From: Chamaesiphon sp.
GTDB taxonomy: Bacteria > Cyanobacteriota > Cyanobacteriia > Cyanobacteriales > Chamaesiphonaceae
Length of the DNA stretch: 64,000 nucleotides
Direction: 5' to 3'
Assembly: GCA_965246715.1 (NCBI GenBank)
Contig: CBDFFH010000022.1
Span: forward strand, 32,001-96,000
This document shows positions 43,266-53,978 of this stretch, one piece after another. The first letter of the stretch is position 1, and each line of letters opens with the position of its first letter. The notes under the pieces were generated by a model. That model searched no databases, had not been told where the DNA came from, and was given only the letters and a program-made list of their open reading frames with translations. A program made the translations under genes and the position numbers.

Positions 43266-44012
43266 ATGTTTATCAAAAATACAATTAGGCGGTTACTGCC
43301 GCCGTCAGTGACGATTCGACTGATTGCTGATACCAATTATAAATCTGGCGAACCAGAACTCAAATTACTCGACGATCTAGTGGATCCGCAAAGAAATAGT
43401 ATCGATATCGGCGCGAATAAGGGATCCTATACTTATTTTCTCTCTAAACTTTCCCAACAAGTTTTTGCCTACGAACCCAACCCCGAGTTGGCAAAATTTT
43501 TGACTAAAGCATTTACTAAATCTAATGTGAGTATTTATCCAGTTGCAATATCCGATCGAGCGGGAGTGGCTCAGCTAGCAATTCCGATCGTCAATACTTT
43601 TGCTTACGATCAACTAGGTAGTCTGCAACTGCAAAATTCTAGCGAAAATCTCCAAACTTTTGACGTACCACTCCAGCGGTTGGATGACTGCGGACATACT
43701 AACGTCGGATTTATCAAAATTGATGTTGAAGGACATGAGGAAACAGTAATTGATGGGGCGATCGACTTAATTACCAAACAACGTCCAGTAATACTTGTGG
43801 AAATCGAGCAAAAGCATCATGCCGATAAGGATATCACTGAAATATTCTCTAAAATCATGGCCTTAGGTTATGACGGTTTTTTCTTGTTCGATGGCGAACT
43901 GAGAAGTTTAAGCGAATTCTCTAAAGAGAAACACCAAGATATCAATAATTATCAAGGTCTGACTTCTTTAAGTAAAACTTATGTATGTAACTTTATTTTT
44001 AAGCCTAGTTAG
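43266..44012 (+). CDS. FkbM family methyltransferase
   Basis: DIGANKG, YEP, KIDVEGHE; likely start at ATG 43266, downstream of short heptamer-like repeats. Confidence 0.88.
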   Translation: MFIKNTIRRLLPPSVTIRLIADTNYKSGEPELKLLDDLVDPQRNSIDIGANKGSYTYFLSKLSQQVFAYEPNPELAKFLTKAFTKSNVSIYPVAISDRAGVAQLAIPIVNTFAYDQLGSLQLQNSSENLQTFDVPLQRLDDCGHTNVGFIKIDVEGHEETVIDGAIDLITKQRPVILVEIEQKHHADKDITEIFSKIMALGYDGFFLFDGELRSLSEFSKEKHQDINNYQGLTSLSKTYVCNFIFKPS

Positions 44013-44038
44013 GAATATAAATTCAGAGAAGTGTAGCT

Positions 44039-45301
44039 ATGAAAGTTCTGCTGTCAGCGTATTCCTGCGAACCGGGTCAAGGATCTGAGCCTGGTGTCGG
44101 CTGGAATGTAGTCCGAGAAGTCGCCAGGTATCATCAAGTTTGGGTATTGACTCGCCCCGATGAGAGCCAGGAAATCATTGAAGCAGAGCTAGCACGCAAT
44201 CCGATCGATAACCTTCATTTTGTTTACTTTACCCTACCTTTTTGGCAGGATAGCCGACGGTGGGGGCAGTCTGGTGGTATGCAACTTCACTACTACCTGT
44301 GGCAAATTCAGGCTTACTTTGTTGCCAAACAGCTTCATCGAGAGATTGATTTCGATCTGACTCATCACGTCACATTTGTGAGACACTCAAGTCCGAGTTT
44401 TCTTTGCTTACTGCCGATCCCGTTTGTGTGGGGGCCAGTAGGCGGTGGCGAATCTGCACCGCTAACCTATTGGCAAGACTTCAACTTCAAAAATCGAGCT
44501 TATGAAACTCTCCGCTCTGTATGGCGTTGGATTGGAGAACAAGATCCCTTCGCGCGAATGACCGCTCGTCGTAGTGCGATCGCTTTTGCGACGACAGCAG
44601 ATACCGCTCGGCGAATCAGGGAAATGGGTGCAACGCAAGTGCGAGTGCTATCTCAATGCAATCTGTCCGAACCAGAATTCGATCGACTCGCGCAGTGTCC
44701 GCCACCAAACGCTTGCCCAACTCGGTTTATCAGCATCGCTCGCTTGCTCCATTGGAAAGGACTCCACTTGGGATTACAAGCCTTTGCCCACACTCAACTG
44801 ACCGATGCAGAGTATTTGATTTTAGGCGAAGGGGCAGAATTGCCCCGCCTGCAAGCTCTGGTTCATGAGTTAGGCATCAAAGATCGAGTCAAGTTTTTAG
44901 GACATCTGCCGAGGGAAGAGGTATTGGTGAAGCTCGGAGAGAGTTCCGTTTTAGTTCACCCCAGTTTGCATGACTCTGGCGGATTAGTTTGCTTGGAAGC
45001 AATGGCAGCGGGTCGCCCAGTTATTTGTCTGGATTTAGGCGGACCTGCAGTTCAGGTTACGGCAAAAACAGGTTTTCTAATTCCAGCACTCAATCCACAC
45101 CAAAGTATCGCTGATATCGCAACTGCAATGTGCCGACTGGCTCAAGACGTAGATCTGTGTATTGAAATGGGCAAGGCTGGAGAACAACGCGCTAGAGAAA
45201 TATTTACTTGGGATGCCCAAGGCAAGTTATATGCACAAATATACGAACGGCAGATCTCATCTTTATTGATGGGTACAGATATCATCGGAAATGACATTTA
45301 G
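44039..45301 (+). CDS. Family 4 glycosyltransferase
   Basis: SAYSCEP..GSE, WKG, PSLHDSGG..LEAMAAG. Confidence 0.9.
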   Translation: MKVLLSAYSCEPGQGSEPGVGWNVVREVARYHQVWVLTRPDESQEIIEAELARNPIDNLHFVYFTLPFWQDSRRWGQSGGMQLHYYLWQIQAYFVAKQLHREIDFDLTHHVTFVRHSSPSFLCLLPIPFVWGPVGGGESAPLTYWQDFNFKNRAYETLRSVWRWIGEQDPFARMTARRSAIAFATTADTARRIREMGATQVRVLSQCNLSEPEFDRLAQCPPPNACPTRFISIARLLHWKGLHLGLQAFAHTQLTDAEYLILGEGAELPRLQALVHELGIKDRVKFLGHLPREEVLVKLGESSVLVHPSLHDSGGLVCLEAMAAGRPVICLDLGGPAVQVTAKTGFLIPALNPHQSIADIATAMCRLAQDVDLCIEMGKAGEQRAREIFTWDAQGKLYAQIYERQISSLLMGTDIIGNDI

Positions 45302-45383
45302 CTAAATTTTAGAAATCATCAATCTTCATAGACAACCTCTGCTTGTCACCAGCTAAATCGAGCAACTATATCATCGTACAAAC

Positions 45384-46736
45384 ATGACTAGATCAAGTAC
45401 AATATTTTTAAAGCAAAAAAAAGGATTTGTTAAAAATTCAACACTTATTTTTATTGCCTTTGCGACAACATTCTATTCGCGAATCTTTTGTTCTATTACC
45501 CGCGCTCCATCTATTTTAAACTTTTTACATTTTGCGATCGTGCCTTTATTGCTTGCAATTGTGATGTCAACAACTCGCACGAAAGACCGCCATCAAACCT
45601 CATGCATATGGTCGATGCTTGTTGCCCTGGGAATATTTCTGGTTGTGATGGTTATTAGTGCGATCGTCAATAATGCTGGAATACCTAATGTCATCATTAA
45701 CTTTATGATGCTGGGAGAGCCTTTTATGTTTATCATGGCAATAACTTGTGTAGATTTCCCAATAGAAAGTCTGAATAAGTTAAGGCGTTGGTTGATTATC
45801 TCGTCGATAATTAATCTAGTTTTAGCAATCGCCCAAAAATTTCTCTTGGTTACTGGACGGATTAGCGCAGCTCCTTACGATGCAACAGATGGGGTGCAAG
45901 GAGTGTTCTTTATATCGGGGGCTGGCGGCTATATTTCTGCTGCCGTCTCAGTTAGTGTGTTTATATATTGCTTCTTGTATCAAAAACAAGTTTCTTTATG
46001 GATGAGGATACTGGGGCTGATAGGGACTATCTATCAAATTCAAATTGCCGATACGAAACAGGTAATTCTTGTCAGTGGATTGGCTTGGATTGTACTTGCT
46101 TCGAGTAAGATCCAAAACATTAAGAAGATTGCAATATACCTATCTTGTTTTGGATTAGCACTTGGTGCTTTTTGGTGGTTGATTCATAACATCGCAGGTT
46201 TTGAAGCTTACACTCAGTGGATGAATCGAAGCGACATTAATAATAGTGAGGCTGGGGGTGGCTTAGATGTCAAAACGGAGGGTATCCGTCGCGTTCTTAC
46301 CTACTATCGTTCCCCGCTCAATTGGTTGTTTGGGTTAGGGCCTGGGCATACGCTTGGTCGGCTGGGCGGTTGGACGATTAATGACATGTGGAGTATCCTG
46401 TCATTAATTGGGGGCACAAAGCATCCTCTATATGATGAAATGTGGTATTTTATCAATCATAATTGGATTGCTTGGTCAACCACTCTGTATGTGCCACTAT
46501 TTAGCTGGGCTGGAATTTGGGGAGATCAGGGTTGGTTAGGCATTTTGGCTTACTTATATTTGGGGTTTTTAGTCTGGCATTACTTCTGTGTCGATGATTT
46601 TTGTAGGTTTCTGCTGTTAACAATTTTTATTTATGGCTTCTTTCTTACTCAAATGGAAGAACCTGGCTTTATGTTAACCATGTCGATGCTGATTGGCTTA
46701 CGTTGGCAAGAGCAACGTCTTCAGACAGCCAACTAA
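45384..46736 (+). CDS. Putative Wzy polymerase / O-antigen ligase-like membrane protein
   Basis: About 10-11 TM segments with a large loop and FGLGPG motif; position in the EPS locus. Confidence 0.7.
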   Translation: MTRSSTIFLKQKKGFVKNSTLIFIAFATTFYSRIFCSITRAPSILNFLHFAIVPLLLAIVMSTTRTKDRHQTSCIWSMLVALGIFLVVMVISAIVNNAGIPNVIINFMMLGEPFMFIMAITCVDFPIESLNKLRRWLIISSIINLVLAIAQKFLLVTGRISAAPYDATDGVQGVFFISGAGGYISAAVSVSVFIYCFLYQKQVSLWMRILGLIGTIYQIQIADTKQVILVSGLAWIVLASSKIQNIKKIAIYLSCFGLALGAFWWLIHNIAGFEAYTQWMNRSDINNSEAGGGLDVKTEGIRRVLTYYRSPLNWLFGLGPGHTLGRLGGWTINDMWSILSLIGGTKHPLYDEMWYFINHNWIAWSTTLYVPLFSWAGIWGDQGWLGILAYLYLGFLVWHYFCVDDFCRFLLLTIFIYGFFLTQMEEPGFMLTMSMLIGLRWQEQRLQTAN

Positions 46737-47263
46737 AATATTAGATTTGTCAATCTGACTTAGCTCAAAATTAAGCAAAGGTTTTATCAATTTTTAAAAT
46801 AGCATTTATCTGTATTTCAATCTATATCAATCATAGCTGAAAAACTTAAACCTTAGAGAACGGGTATAAAGCTAAGCTATCCCGCCGATCGATTTTGTTA
46901 GCAGGAACTCAAATCGGGTCGCTATAGATTTTGATATCTATTTAGTCACTAGATATATTAACTTTTTTGATGTTTTTCGGAGCGACTAGTTTGAGATCTG
47001 TAATTTGTGGTAGTATCGAATCATAGTATTGAAAGCTTTTGGAATCAATTATTATTAACAAATCGATAGCCAAGAACTCTGAAATTAGTTGGATCGTACT
47101 CAGGCATGCTCGACCTGGCTTTTCGATAAACTGATATAGACAGATTTGTATGAAGCTATACTGATTTTTACAAAGCCAAATTGTAGGATTATTTAGTAAT
47201 AATTGAGATTTCAGATAGCTTGAATGTTGTAAATATTTAGTATTGATAATTGGAGGATAAATA

Positions 47264-48190
47264 ATGCAAAGTTCCTTGCCAATCACTTCAGAAATTAGCT
47301 CGTATCTAGAAGATAGTACGACAGTAAAACTAGATGATGTGGGTATATTTACCACCAACATCGGTGAGATGACAGTGGCAATGAAAGCTAATAGTGAATT
47401 TTTCGGCCACCCAGTTTGGGGGCCGGAATACTTTGAAAACTCTCATCGTAATGAGACCTTTCGATCGCGTTGGCAGGCGGCAATTGGTAGTCTGGATGGC
47501 AAGGTAGTAGTTGATATCGGTTGCGGCCCAGGAAATTTTTATGCAACTGTCGGCGGATCGCCCAAAGTATTAATTGGGGTTGATATTTCTTACGGTGCAT
47601 TGCAAATGGCCAAACAGGTAGGATATACCCCTGTTTGGGCAGATGCTCAACACCTTCCATTCATTGACGGTTTTGCTGATGTGGCGATCGCTAGTGCCAC
47701 ATTACATCACTGTGATGATATGGCAAAAGTCTTGTCTGAAGCCGCACGTATTCTGCGTCCTGGAGGAATGCTCGTGACAGATCTAGATCCTCAGATAACG
47801 GCGATGCACTTTAAAGGTATTGCCGCATTTATGAGAAAACACCGTTTCACTATCTATCGATTGATTAGAAGTCCGCATTATCTGACAACGGAATACCGCA
47901 AACTCAGAATTCCGTGCGAGGCGCACAATCGCGAGCCAGGTGATGGGATTAGCCCCGATCTTTATTATCAGGTTTTAGAGCCTTTAGGATTCCAGCTGAA
48001 ACTCTATCCCCACAATCATGATGTTGGCGCAGATGTATTGGATGGAAATATAGGTAAATTGCCTGCGAGATTGCGTCTGCTCCAGCAAATGTCGGGTATT
48101 AATCCTAATACTCCAGCGGCAGCGCAATCGATTATGTGTATTGCTAGAAAACCAGCAGCTGAATCATCATCCCCACCACCGTCGATATAA
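47264..48190 (+). CDS. Class I SAM methyltransferase
   Basis: VDIGCGPG, LPF.D, LHH, RILRPGG. Confidence 0.88.
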   Translation: MQSSLPITSEISSYLEDSTTVKLDDVGIFTTNIGEMTVAMKANSEFFGHPVWGPEYFENSHRNETFRSRWQAAIGSLDGKVVVDIGCGPGNFYATVGGSPKVLIGVDISYGALQMAKQVGYTPVWADAQHLPFIDGFADVAIASATLHHCDDMAKVLSEAARILRPGGMLVTDLDPQITAMHFKGIAAFMRKHRFTIYRLIRSPHYLTTEYRKLRIPCEAHNREPGDGISPDLYYQVLEPLGFQLKLYPHNHDVGADVLDGNIGKLPARLRLLQQMSGINPNTPAAAQSIMCIARKPAAESSSPPPSI

Positions 48191-48889
48191 ATAAGCAATC
48201 GACTCACCAACTGTCGTTCGCACCCCTTCGCTGGACTGCCACCAGCGGCTAGGCTCGTAGGCTAAGACCTGGGTGGCAATAATGCCGACTGTGGTTGGAG
48301 CGGTAAATACCCGCCGAAAGACGATCCAGGTGCGGCGCGCATGGGGGCCGAGGGTAAACACATTTAGCGATCGAATTGGCTGCTCGGTCGCTGCCCAATA
48401 GTCTTTGAGTGCCATTGCCGCGTTTTGCGTCCGGCATTCTGGTGCATTGTTGGTAGAGACGATCTGAAGTTGGCTGGGGTTAAATCCGCGCGCTACTAGT
48501 GTGGCAGCGGCCACCTCCGCAAAAGTTTTGTACTCTGACAAATGAAATCCCCTCGGCACGGGCGCGCCAACTGTAATCAGGGTTTTGTAGCTACCTGTTT
48601 GAAACTCGACCATCGCCGCTTCGATCGCATAGTCTGGAAGCCATCCTTCCACAACTAATATCTCTGTGGCGACAGGATCGTTCTTTGCTAAAAAGGGATG
48701 AATGTTAATAATGGACAGTCCCAATAGCACAATTCCTATTGCAGCAGCAATCGTCAGACCGATCGCGATCGACATTAAGCTCGGACAACCGAAAGCACCA
48801 CTCTTGGTACAGAAATGGTAGCAATCATCTATAGTTATGGACATTTCGCGACATTGGTAGTGTAGTGTTTCAGCTTGTAGATAAAACAT
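48167..48889 (-). CDS. YdcF/DUF218 (ElyC-like) family protein
   Basis: TM helix, LVVEGW, T...HARR, WW.S.EG..E; start uncertain. Confidence 0.75.
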   Translation of the reverse strand: MFYLQAETLHYQCREMSITIDDCYHFCTKSGAFGCPSLMSIAIGLTIAAAIGIVLLGLSIINIHPFLAKNDPVATEILVVEGWLPDYAIEAAMVEFQTGSYKTLITVGAPVPRGFHLSEYKTFAEVAAATLVARGFNPSQLQIVSTNNAPECRTQNAAMALKDYWAATEQPIRSLNVFTLGPHARRTWIVFRRVFTAPTTVGIIATQVLAYEPSRWWQSSEGVRTTVGESIAYLYRRWWG

Positions 48890-49188
48890 ATCAACTATCC
48901 GATCGAAAAGATGTTACGAATCGTTGATTGTTTAGATTTACTTTTAGAAAAGCTCAATATAAAGTATTAAGAACTAGTCGTTGTGCTATTCAACGGTCGA
49001 GATTATTTTATCTTTAAGAATTTTAAAAAGTGGGATGTTTTCGTTACCTAGTTAAGCAATTTGGATGAAAGTTTCACATCGCGACGTGTGTTATATTAGT
49101 ACTATAATCATGTGTATGCATTTAAGTTAGATAGCAAGAGTACAGACCATAAACATATTTATTAATTACTATCGCTGTTCCTAGTGCC

Positions 49189-50328
49189 ATGCATATTGTT
49201 ATTGTTGCGTTACATAGACCGACAGAGCCTACCGGAGTTTGCCGACATGCAGTTAATCTGGCTAGATGTCTGGCCCAATCAGATGAAATCACCCAAATAA
49301 CTTTGGTGACTGGCATATGGCAACAGCATTACTTTCAAACTATTTTTTTATCAAATCAAAAAAAAATCAAAGTATTAGGCATTGATATCAACAATACATC
49401 CATTTCAAGAAATAGGTGGTTCTTGTTTTTTTTGCCCAAATTAGTCAAAAATCTTCATCCCGATCTGGTTCACTTATCCTTCCCATTGCCATTTTTTAGG
49501 TCGCTATTTTCTTGCCCGATAGTTGCTACCATTCACGATCTTTATCCTTACAAGATTCCTGAGAATTTTGGATACAAGCAAGCTTTTTTTAATCGACTAT
49601 TTCTACAACAATGCATCTGGAATAGTGATGCATTGGCATGTGTTTCTCAGACAACTTTGGACGATTTAAAACACTATTTTCCCGGTATTTATCTACGTAA
49701 GCAAGCACAAGTAATTTATAACTTTGTCGATTTCGATCGGGTTCAAGTAACCCGACCACAAGCATTACAGGATGAAGTTGATAGTCCATTTATCCTCTGC
49801 GTCGGCCAACATCGCAAAAATAAGAATTTTGAGTTGGCGATCGAAGCTTTCGCTTTGCTGAGGCAAGAAGGCAAAGTTAATGAGAAAACTAGAGCGATTA
49901 TCGTCGGTAGTTTTGGCCCTGAAACAGACAATTTACTTCAGTCGCTCCAGAAACTTTCTTTGGTAAACTCAGTAATAATGCTCTCAGCAATTAACGATAA
50001 TGAACTTTGTTGGCTCTATCAAAACTGCGATTTGATGATAATTCCTTCATCTGTAGAAGGATTCTGTCTGCCGCTAGTAGAAGCCCTCTATTTTTCATGT
50101 AAGATTGTTTGTTCTGACATCCCTATATTCAGAGAAATTGGTTCCGGTAATTGCAGTTATTTTGACTTGGCGGGAGATCCAATTAGTAATCTAGCGCACT
50201 CGATCGATCTTGCTTTAACTGTAGATATTTGTGAACAGAAGTATGACTGCGGTCGATTTTCACAAACACAAATTACAGCGCTGTACTTAAATTTTTATTC
50301 AGAGTCGATCCGTAATGTAAAAAAGTAG
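49189..50328 (+). CDS. Family 4 glycosyltransferase
   Basis: TIHDL, NKN, PSSVEGFCLP.VEAL, SDIP. Confidence 0.88.
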   Translation: MHIVIVALHRPTEPTGVCRHAVNLARCLAQSDEITQITLVTGIWQQHYFQTIFLSNQKKIKVLGIDINNTSISRNRWFLFFLPKLVKNLHPDLVHLSFPLPFFRSLFSCPIVATIHDLYPYKIPENFGYKQAFFNRLFLQQCIWNSDALACVSQTTLDDLKHYFPGIYLRKQAQVIYNFVDFDRVQVTRPQALQDEVDSPFILCVGQHRKNKNFELAIEAFALLRQEGKVNEKTRAIIVGSFGPETDNLLQSLQKLSLVNSVIMLSAINDNELCWLYQNCDLMIIPSSVEGFCLPLVEALYFSCKIVCSDIPIFREIGSGNCSYFDLAGDPISNLAHSIDLALTVDICEQKYDCGRFSQTQITALYLNFYSESIRNVKK

Positions 50329-50584
50329 ACAAATCCTCGCTTGTAAATTCGTAGAGCGCGTTAAGATTAGAGAAGCAAATTAGACATTATGCTGAGGTCG
50401 TATTTTCGGTCGGTTGATATAATAATAGTTGGTTTTAACAAAGCGTAAAGTTAAGTTCCCGACGGCCAATGCATCGTCGCTATGCGATCGCCAAGCTATG
50501 TGAAAAACAAACTAAACGTTATAGTTTCCATCAATTGAATGGGAAATATCAGAGCTTAATATTAAGTTGTAGGGCGAGCGAGCG

Positions 50585-52972
50585 ATGAGCGACAATTCTA
50601 GTCAAGAATTAACCACAACTCCCAGTGGCCAGTTAGCACGCAAAAACCCTAAAGCATCTTCCCCAGCTCTAAATACCATTGTTACCGTAGATAACGGTGG
50701 GGACGAAGGCGGTTTGAAGCTAGGTCAAATTGCCAAAGCGATCCAACGACGGTTGTGGATTGTGGTGCTCGTGAATGTTTTGACGATCGGTGCAGCAGTT
50801 GCTTGGCATCGTAGCCGCATGCCTGCATACGAAGGCAGCTTCAAAATACTGATCGAACCCGTTACTGCTGAATCACAAGTAGTGTCTTCACTTAAAGGCG
50901 ATCGGACTACAGTAGAAGAACAAGATCTCGGCAGCGCCCAATTCTCCAAAACTACCCTGGATTATCCAACTCAAATTCAGCTGCTCCTGAGCGATAAAAT
51001 TCTCGGGCCAGTCGCGGGACAACTCAAGTCTACTTATCCAAAAACATCATCCACAACATTGCGGGATGCGCTCAAGATCGCTCGCCAGAAAGAGCCAGCA
51101 GAAACAAAAATTCTGGAAGTTCGCTATCGCTCTGCTTCTGAGAAGGAAGCCAAGCAGGTACTAAATCTGGTTGCCAATGCCTATATTCAATATAGCTTGA
51201 GCGAACGGCAAACCAATGTGCGGCGAGCTGTTAAATTTGTAGAAACCCAACTGCCTAAAGTTCAAGATCAAGTCCGCAAGCTAGAGACAGAGCTTCAAAG
51301 CTTTCGGGAGAAACATCAGTTTATCGATCCCAACACATTGGGAACTCAACTGGGCGAACAACAGAGTGCCATTCAAAAGGAGCAACAGACAACTCAAGTA
51401 GAGCTAGCCAAAACCAAACAACTCTATCGATCGCTCGAACAGCAATTACAACTGCTGCCCAAAGGTGCCGAAGCTGCTTCCGTGCTGAGCGATGCTCCAG
51501 GATATCAACAATTGCTCAAGCAACTTCAAGAGCTGGATGTGGAGTTACAGAGTCAGTCGGCACAATTGACAGACGAGCATCCTCGGATCGTCACGCTGCG
51601 CGAAAAAAGACAAAAATTGTTACCATTGCTGCAACAAAAAGCTGATGAGGCGCTAGGTAACAAGCTAGCTCAGAGCGTCACCAACGGACAGAAACTTCCT
51701 TATCAAAATGCCCTGCGGCAAGATCTGAGCAAGCAGTTTATTGGAGCTGCAACTCAGGTGCAGGTACTAGAAGCTAAACTCAATGGCCTAAACATCGCCA
51801 GTCAAACTTTATCCAGTCAAGCGAGTCAATTACCAGTCGTCACTCGTCAATATGAAAATCTCCAACGACAATTAAAAATTATTACGGAACAGCAGAGTAA
51901 ATTCTTGCAAAAACGCGAAGAATTAACGATCGATGCCGCCCGTCAAGAGGTGCCGTGGGAGCTAATCTCACCTCCTGCCGTCGCTCGGATATCAGCTTCT
52001 AGTTTAGCGAACAGTGTGGTATTAGGTGGGTTAGCTGGTTTGCTATTGGGGGTTGGCGCAGCCCTGATCGTCGAGCGGAGCAACGATGTGATTTATACGC
52101 TCCAAGATCTGCGCGAAGAACTCAATCTGGCGATCTTGGGCGCGATCCCACCCCGCGAAAACGATCTTGTAGATCGCGAGGTTCCTAAGGAAATCAACGA
52201 AACAAGTGGTGCGCTCTTGGAAGATGGTAATCCGAATACGCGAAATTGCTATCGATTTTCACCATTTATCGAGTCGTTCCGCGCCCTAAATTCGCAACTA
52301 CGACTCCTCAATCCAGATACACCAATTCGATCGATAGTCATTAGCTCGTCGATACCGGATGAAGGGAAAACGACTGTAGCGCTCCAACTAGCTCAAGCTG
52401 CTGCGGCAATGGGTCAGCGCGTATTACTAGTCAATACCGACCTTCGCAAACCAAGTTTACAAAATCTTATCGATCGACCGGATCTCCATCATATCCCTGG
52501 TGGCTTGACTGATATTATTGCTGGCAATGCTACGTTAATGGAAACAGTGCGACTCTTGCCCGAGCAAGAAAATTTGTATGTGCTCCTAGCTGGTTCCATT
52601 GCTCTAGATCCCACGAGTATTTTAAGTTCGCAAAAAATGCAGGCACTGATCCTCGATTGCAAACGAAATTTTGACTTGGTTATTTATGATACCGTTCCTC
52701 TCAATTTTGCAGATTCACTCTTATTAATTCCGCAAACAGATGGACTATTAATGGTCGCTAGGCTTGGTAAAGTCGCTCGAGGAGTCTTGCAGAATTCATT
52801 GCAAACATTGGCAATATCAAAAGTTCCCGTGTTGGGTTTAGTTGTAAATACAGTCGATACACAGCCTTCAGGCGTAATGACGTATTATCCAGAGAGTGCC
52901 ATCAGTGACAAGTCAAAAAAATCAAAAATATTTCAAGGGATAAATAAGTTGTATCAAACCCTGAAGAAGTAA
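50585..52972 (+). CDS. wzc: Wzc/GumC polysaccharide co-polymerase with BY-kinase domain
   Basis: Two TM helices flanking a coiled-coil region; ESFRAL; Walker A SSIPDEGKTT. Confidence 0.9.
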   Translation: MSDNSSQELTTTPSGQLARKNPKASSPALNTIVTVDNGGDEGGLKLGQIAKAIQRRLWIVVLVNVLTIGAAVAWHRSRMPAYEGSFKILIEPVTAESQVVSSLKGDRTTVEEQDLGSAQFSKTTLDYPTQIQLLLSDKILGPVAGQLKSTYPKTSSTTLRDALKIARQKEPAETKILEVRYRSASEKEAKQVLNLVANAYIQYSLSERQTNVRRAVKFVETQLPKVQDQVRKLETELQSFREKHQFIDPNTLGTQLGEQQSAIQKEQQTTQVELAKTKQLYRSLEQQLQLLPKGAEAASVLSDAPGYQQLLKQLQELDVELQSQSAQLTDEHPRIVTLREKRQKLLPLLQQKADEALGNKLAQSVTNGQKLPYQNALRQDLSKQFIGAATQVQVLEAKLNGLNIASQTLSSQASQLPVVTRQYENLQRQLKIITEQQSKFLQKREELTIDAARQEVPWELISPPAVARISASSLANSVVLGGLAGLLLGVGAALIVERSNDVIYTLQDLREELNLAILGAIPPRENDLVDREVPKEINETSGALLEDGNPNTRNCYRFSPFIESFRALNSQLRLLNPDTPIRSIVISSSIPDEGKTTVALQLAQAAAAMGQRVLLVNTDLRKPSLQNLIDRPDLHHIPGGLTDIIAGNATLMETVRLLPEQENLYVLLAGSIALDPTSILSSQKMQALILDCKRNFDLVIYDTVPLNFADSLLLIPQTDGLLMVARLGKVARGVLQNSLQTLAISKVPVLGLVVNTVDTQPSGVMTYYPESAISDKSKKSKIFQGINKLYQTLKK

Positions 52973-53002
52973 GCGTTTGAGAAGTATGAAAAAGTAAATT
53001 AG

Positions 53003-53040
53003 AAACGGGTAATAGCTAGTCGATTAGCTATTACCTGTTT
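53003..53040. terminator. Probable bidirectional terminator between convergent genes
   Basis: AAACGGGTAATAGCTA..TAGCTATTACCTGTTT stem. Confidence 0.7.
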
Positions 53041-53064
53041 AATGTTGGCTATTAAATATTTAGC

Positions 53065-53811
53065 CTAGATTCTTACAGTGTTGCGGCTGGTAGCCAAAGC
53101 TTCTACCAAGCTGCGAACTACCGCAATCATCGCTAACTCATCGTTGAGCTTGTTAATTGCCGAACCGACACCGATTCCCGCTGCGCCAGCCGAAATGGCT
53201 AGTGGTGCAGTTACGCTCGATAAACCGGAAGCGCAGAGGACGGGAACGATTACCGCACGGGAGATCTCATAAGCCGCCGCTAGCGTAGGTGCTGCTTTTT
53301 CGATTAGGCCGAGCGTGCCAGGATGGATGGGGGTACTACTAGTACCACCTTCGGTTTGAATGATGTCCGCACCTGCAGCAACCAGTGCCTGGGCTAATTC
53401 TACCTGTTTATCTAGAGTAAGAATATGTGGAACGGTGACCGATAAAGTAATATCGGGCAGTAACGCGCGGGTAGCTTGAGTTAGGGCTAAAACTGCATCG
53501 GCTTCAAAGCGGATGCCTTGAGCGTAAAAACTATCGAAGTTACCGATTTCGATGAGATCTGCGCCAGCTTCGACGGCGGCGACAAATAATTGGGGTTCGA
53601 CAGCGGAAACACAAATGGGAAGACTGGTGAGTTGACGTGCCATCCGCACTAAGTTAGGATCGGCAGCAATATCAATGAAAGTCGCACCACCACGATCGGC
53701 AGATCTTACTACCGCAGCAACGCGATCGCGATCGAAATTATTCAACCCACTGATGACTTTGAGGACTTGGTTACTAGCAAAAGCTGCCTGTAGGTTATCG
53801 AGCATGTTCAT
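53065..53811 (-). CDS. DUF561 (Ycf23) family protein
   Basis: LKVISGLNNF, IEIGNFD, IQTEGG. Confidence 0.9.
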   Translation of the reverse strand: MNMLDNLQAAFASNQVLKVISGLNNFDRDRVAAVVRSADRGGATFIDIAADPNLVRMARQLTSLPICVSAVEPQLFVAAVEAGADLIEIGNFDSFYAQGIRFEADAVLALTQATRALLPDITLSVTVPHILTLDKQVELAQALVAAGADIIQTEGGTSSTPIHPGTLGLIEKAAPTLAAAYEISRAVIVPVLCASGLSSVTAPLAISAGAAGIGVGSAINKLNDELAMIAVVRSLVEALATSRNTVRI

Positions 53812-53978
53812 CACTTGACAAAGGGACGTATAAATCTTTATTTGAACCATTTTGACATCGATCGGCAGAAATTGACCAAACACTCAGCAATCCTACACTT
53901 TTTAACTAGCTAATGAGTTCTCTCGATCGCTGAAATTGCCCATTGGCTCTAGCTATTTGTGGTATCGCAGCTTTCAAT

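Noticed and set aside
46942..47361. 139-aa minus-strand ORF
   Set aside because: AT-rich, no motif, overlaps the start of the methyltransferase on the opposite strand.
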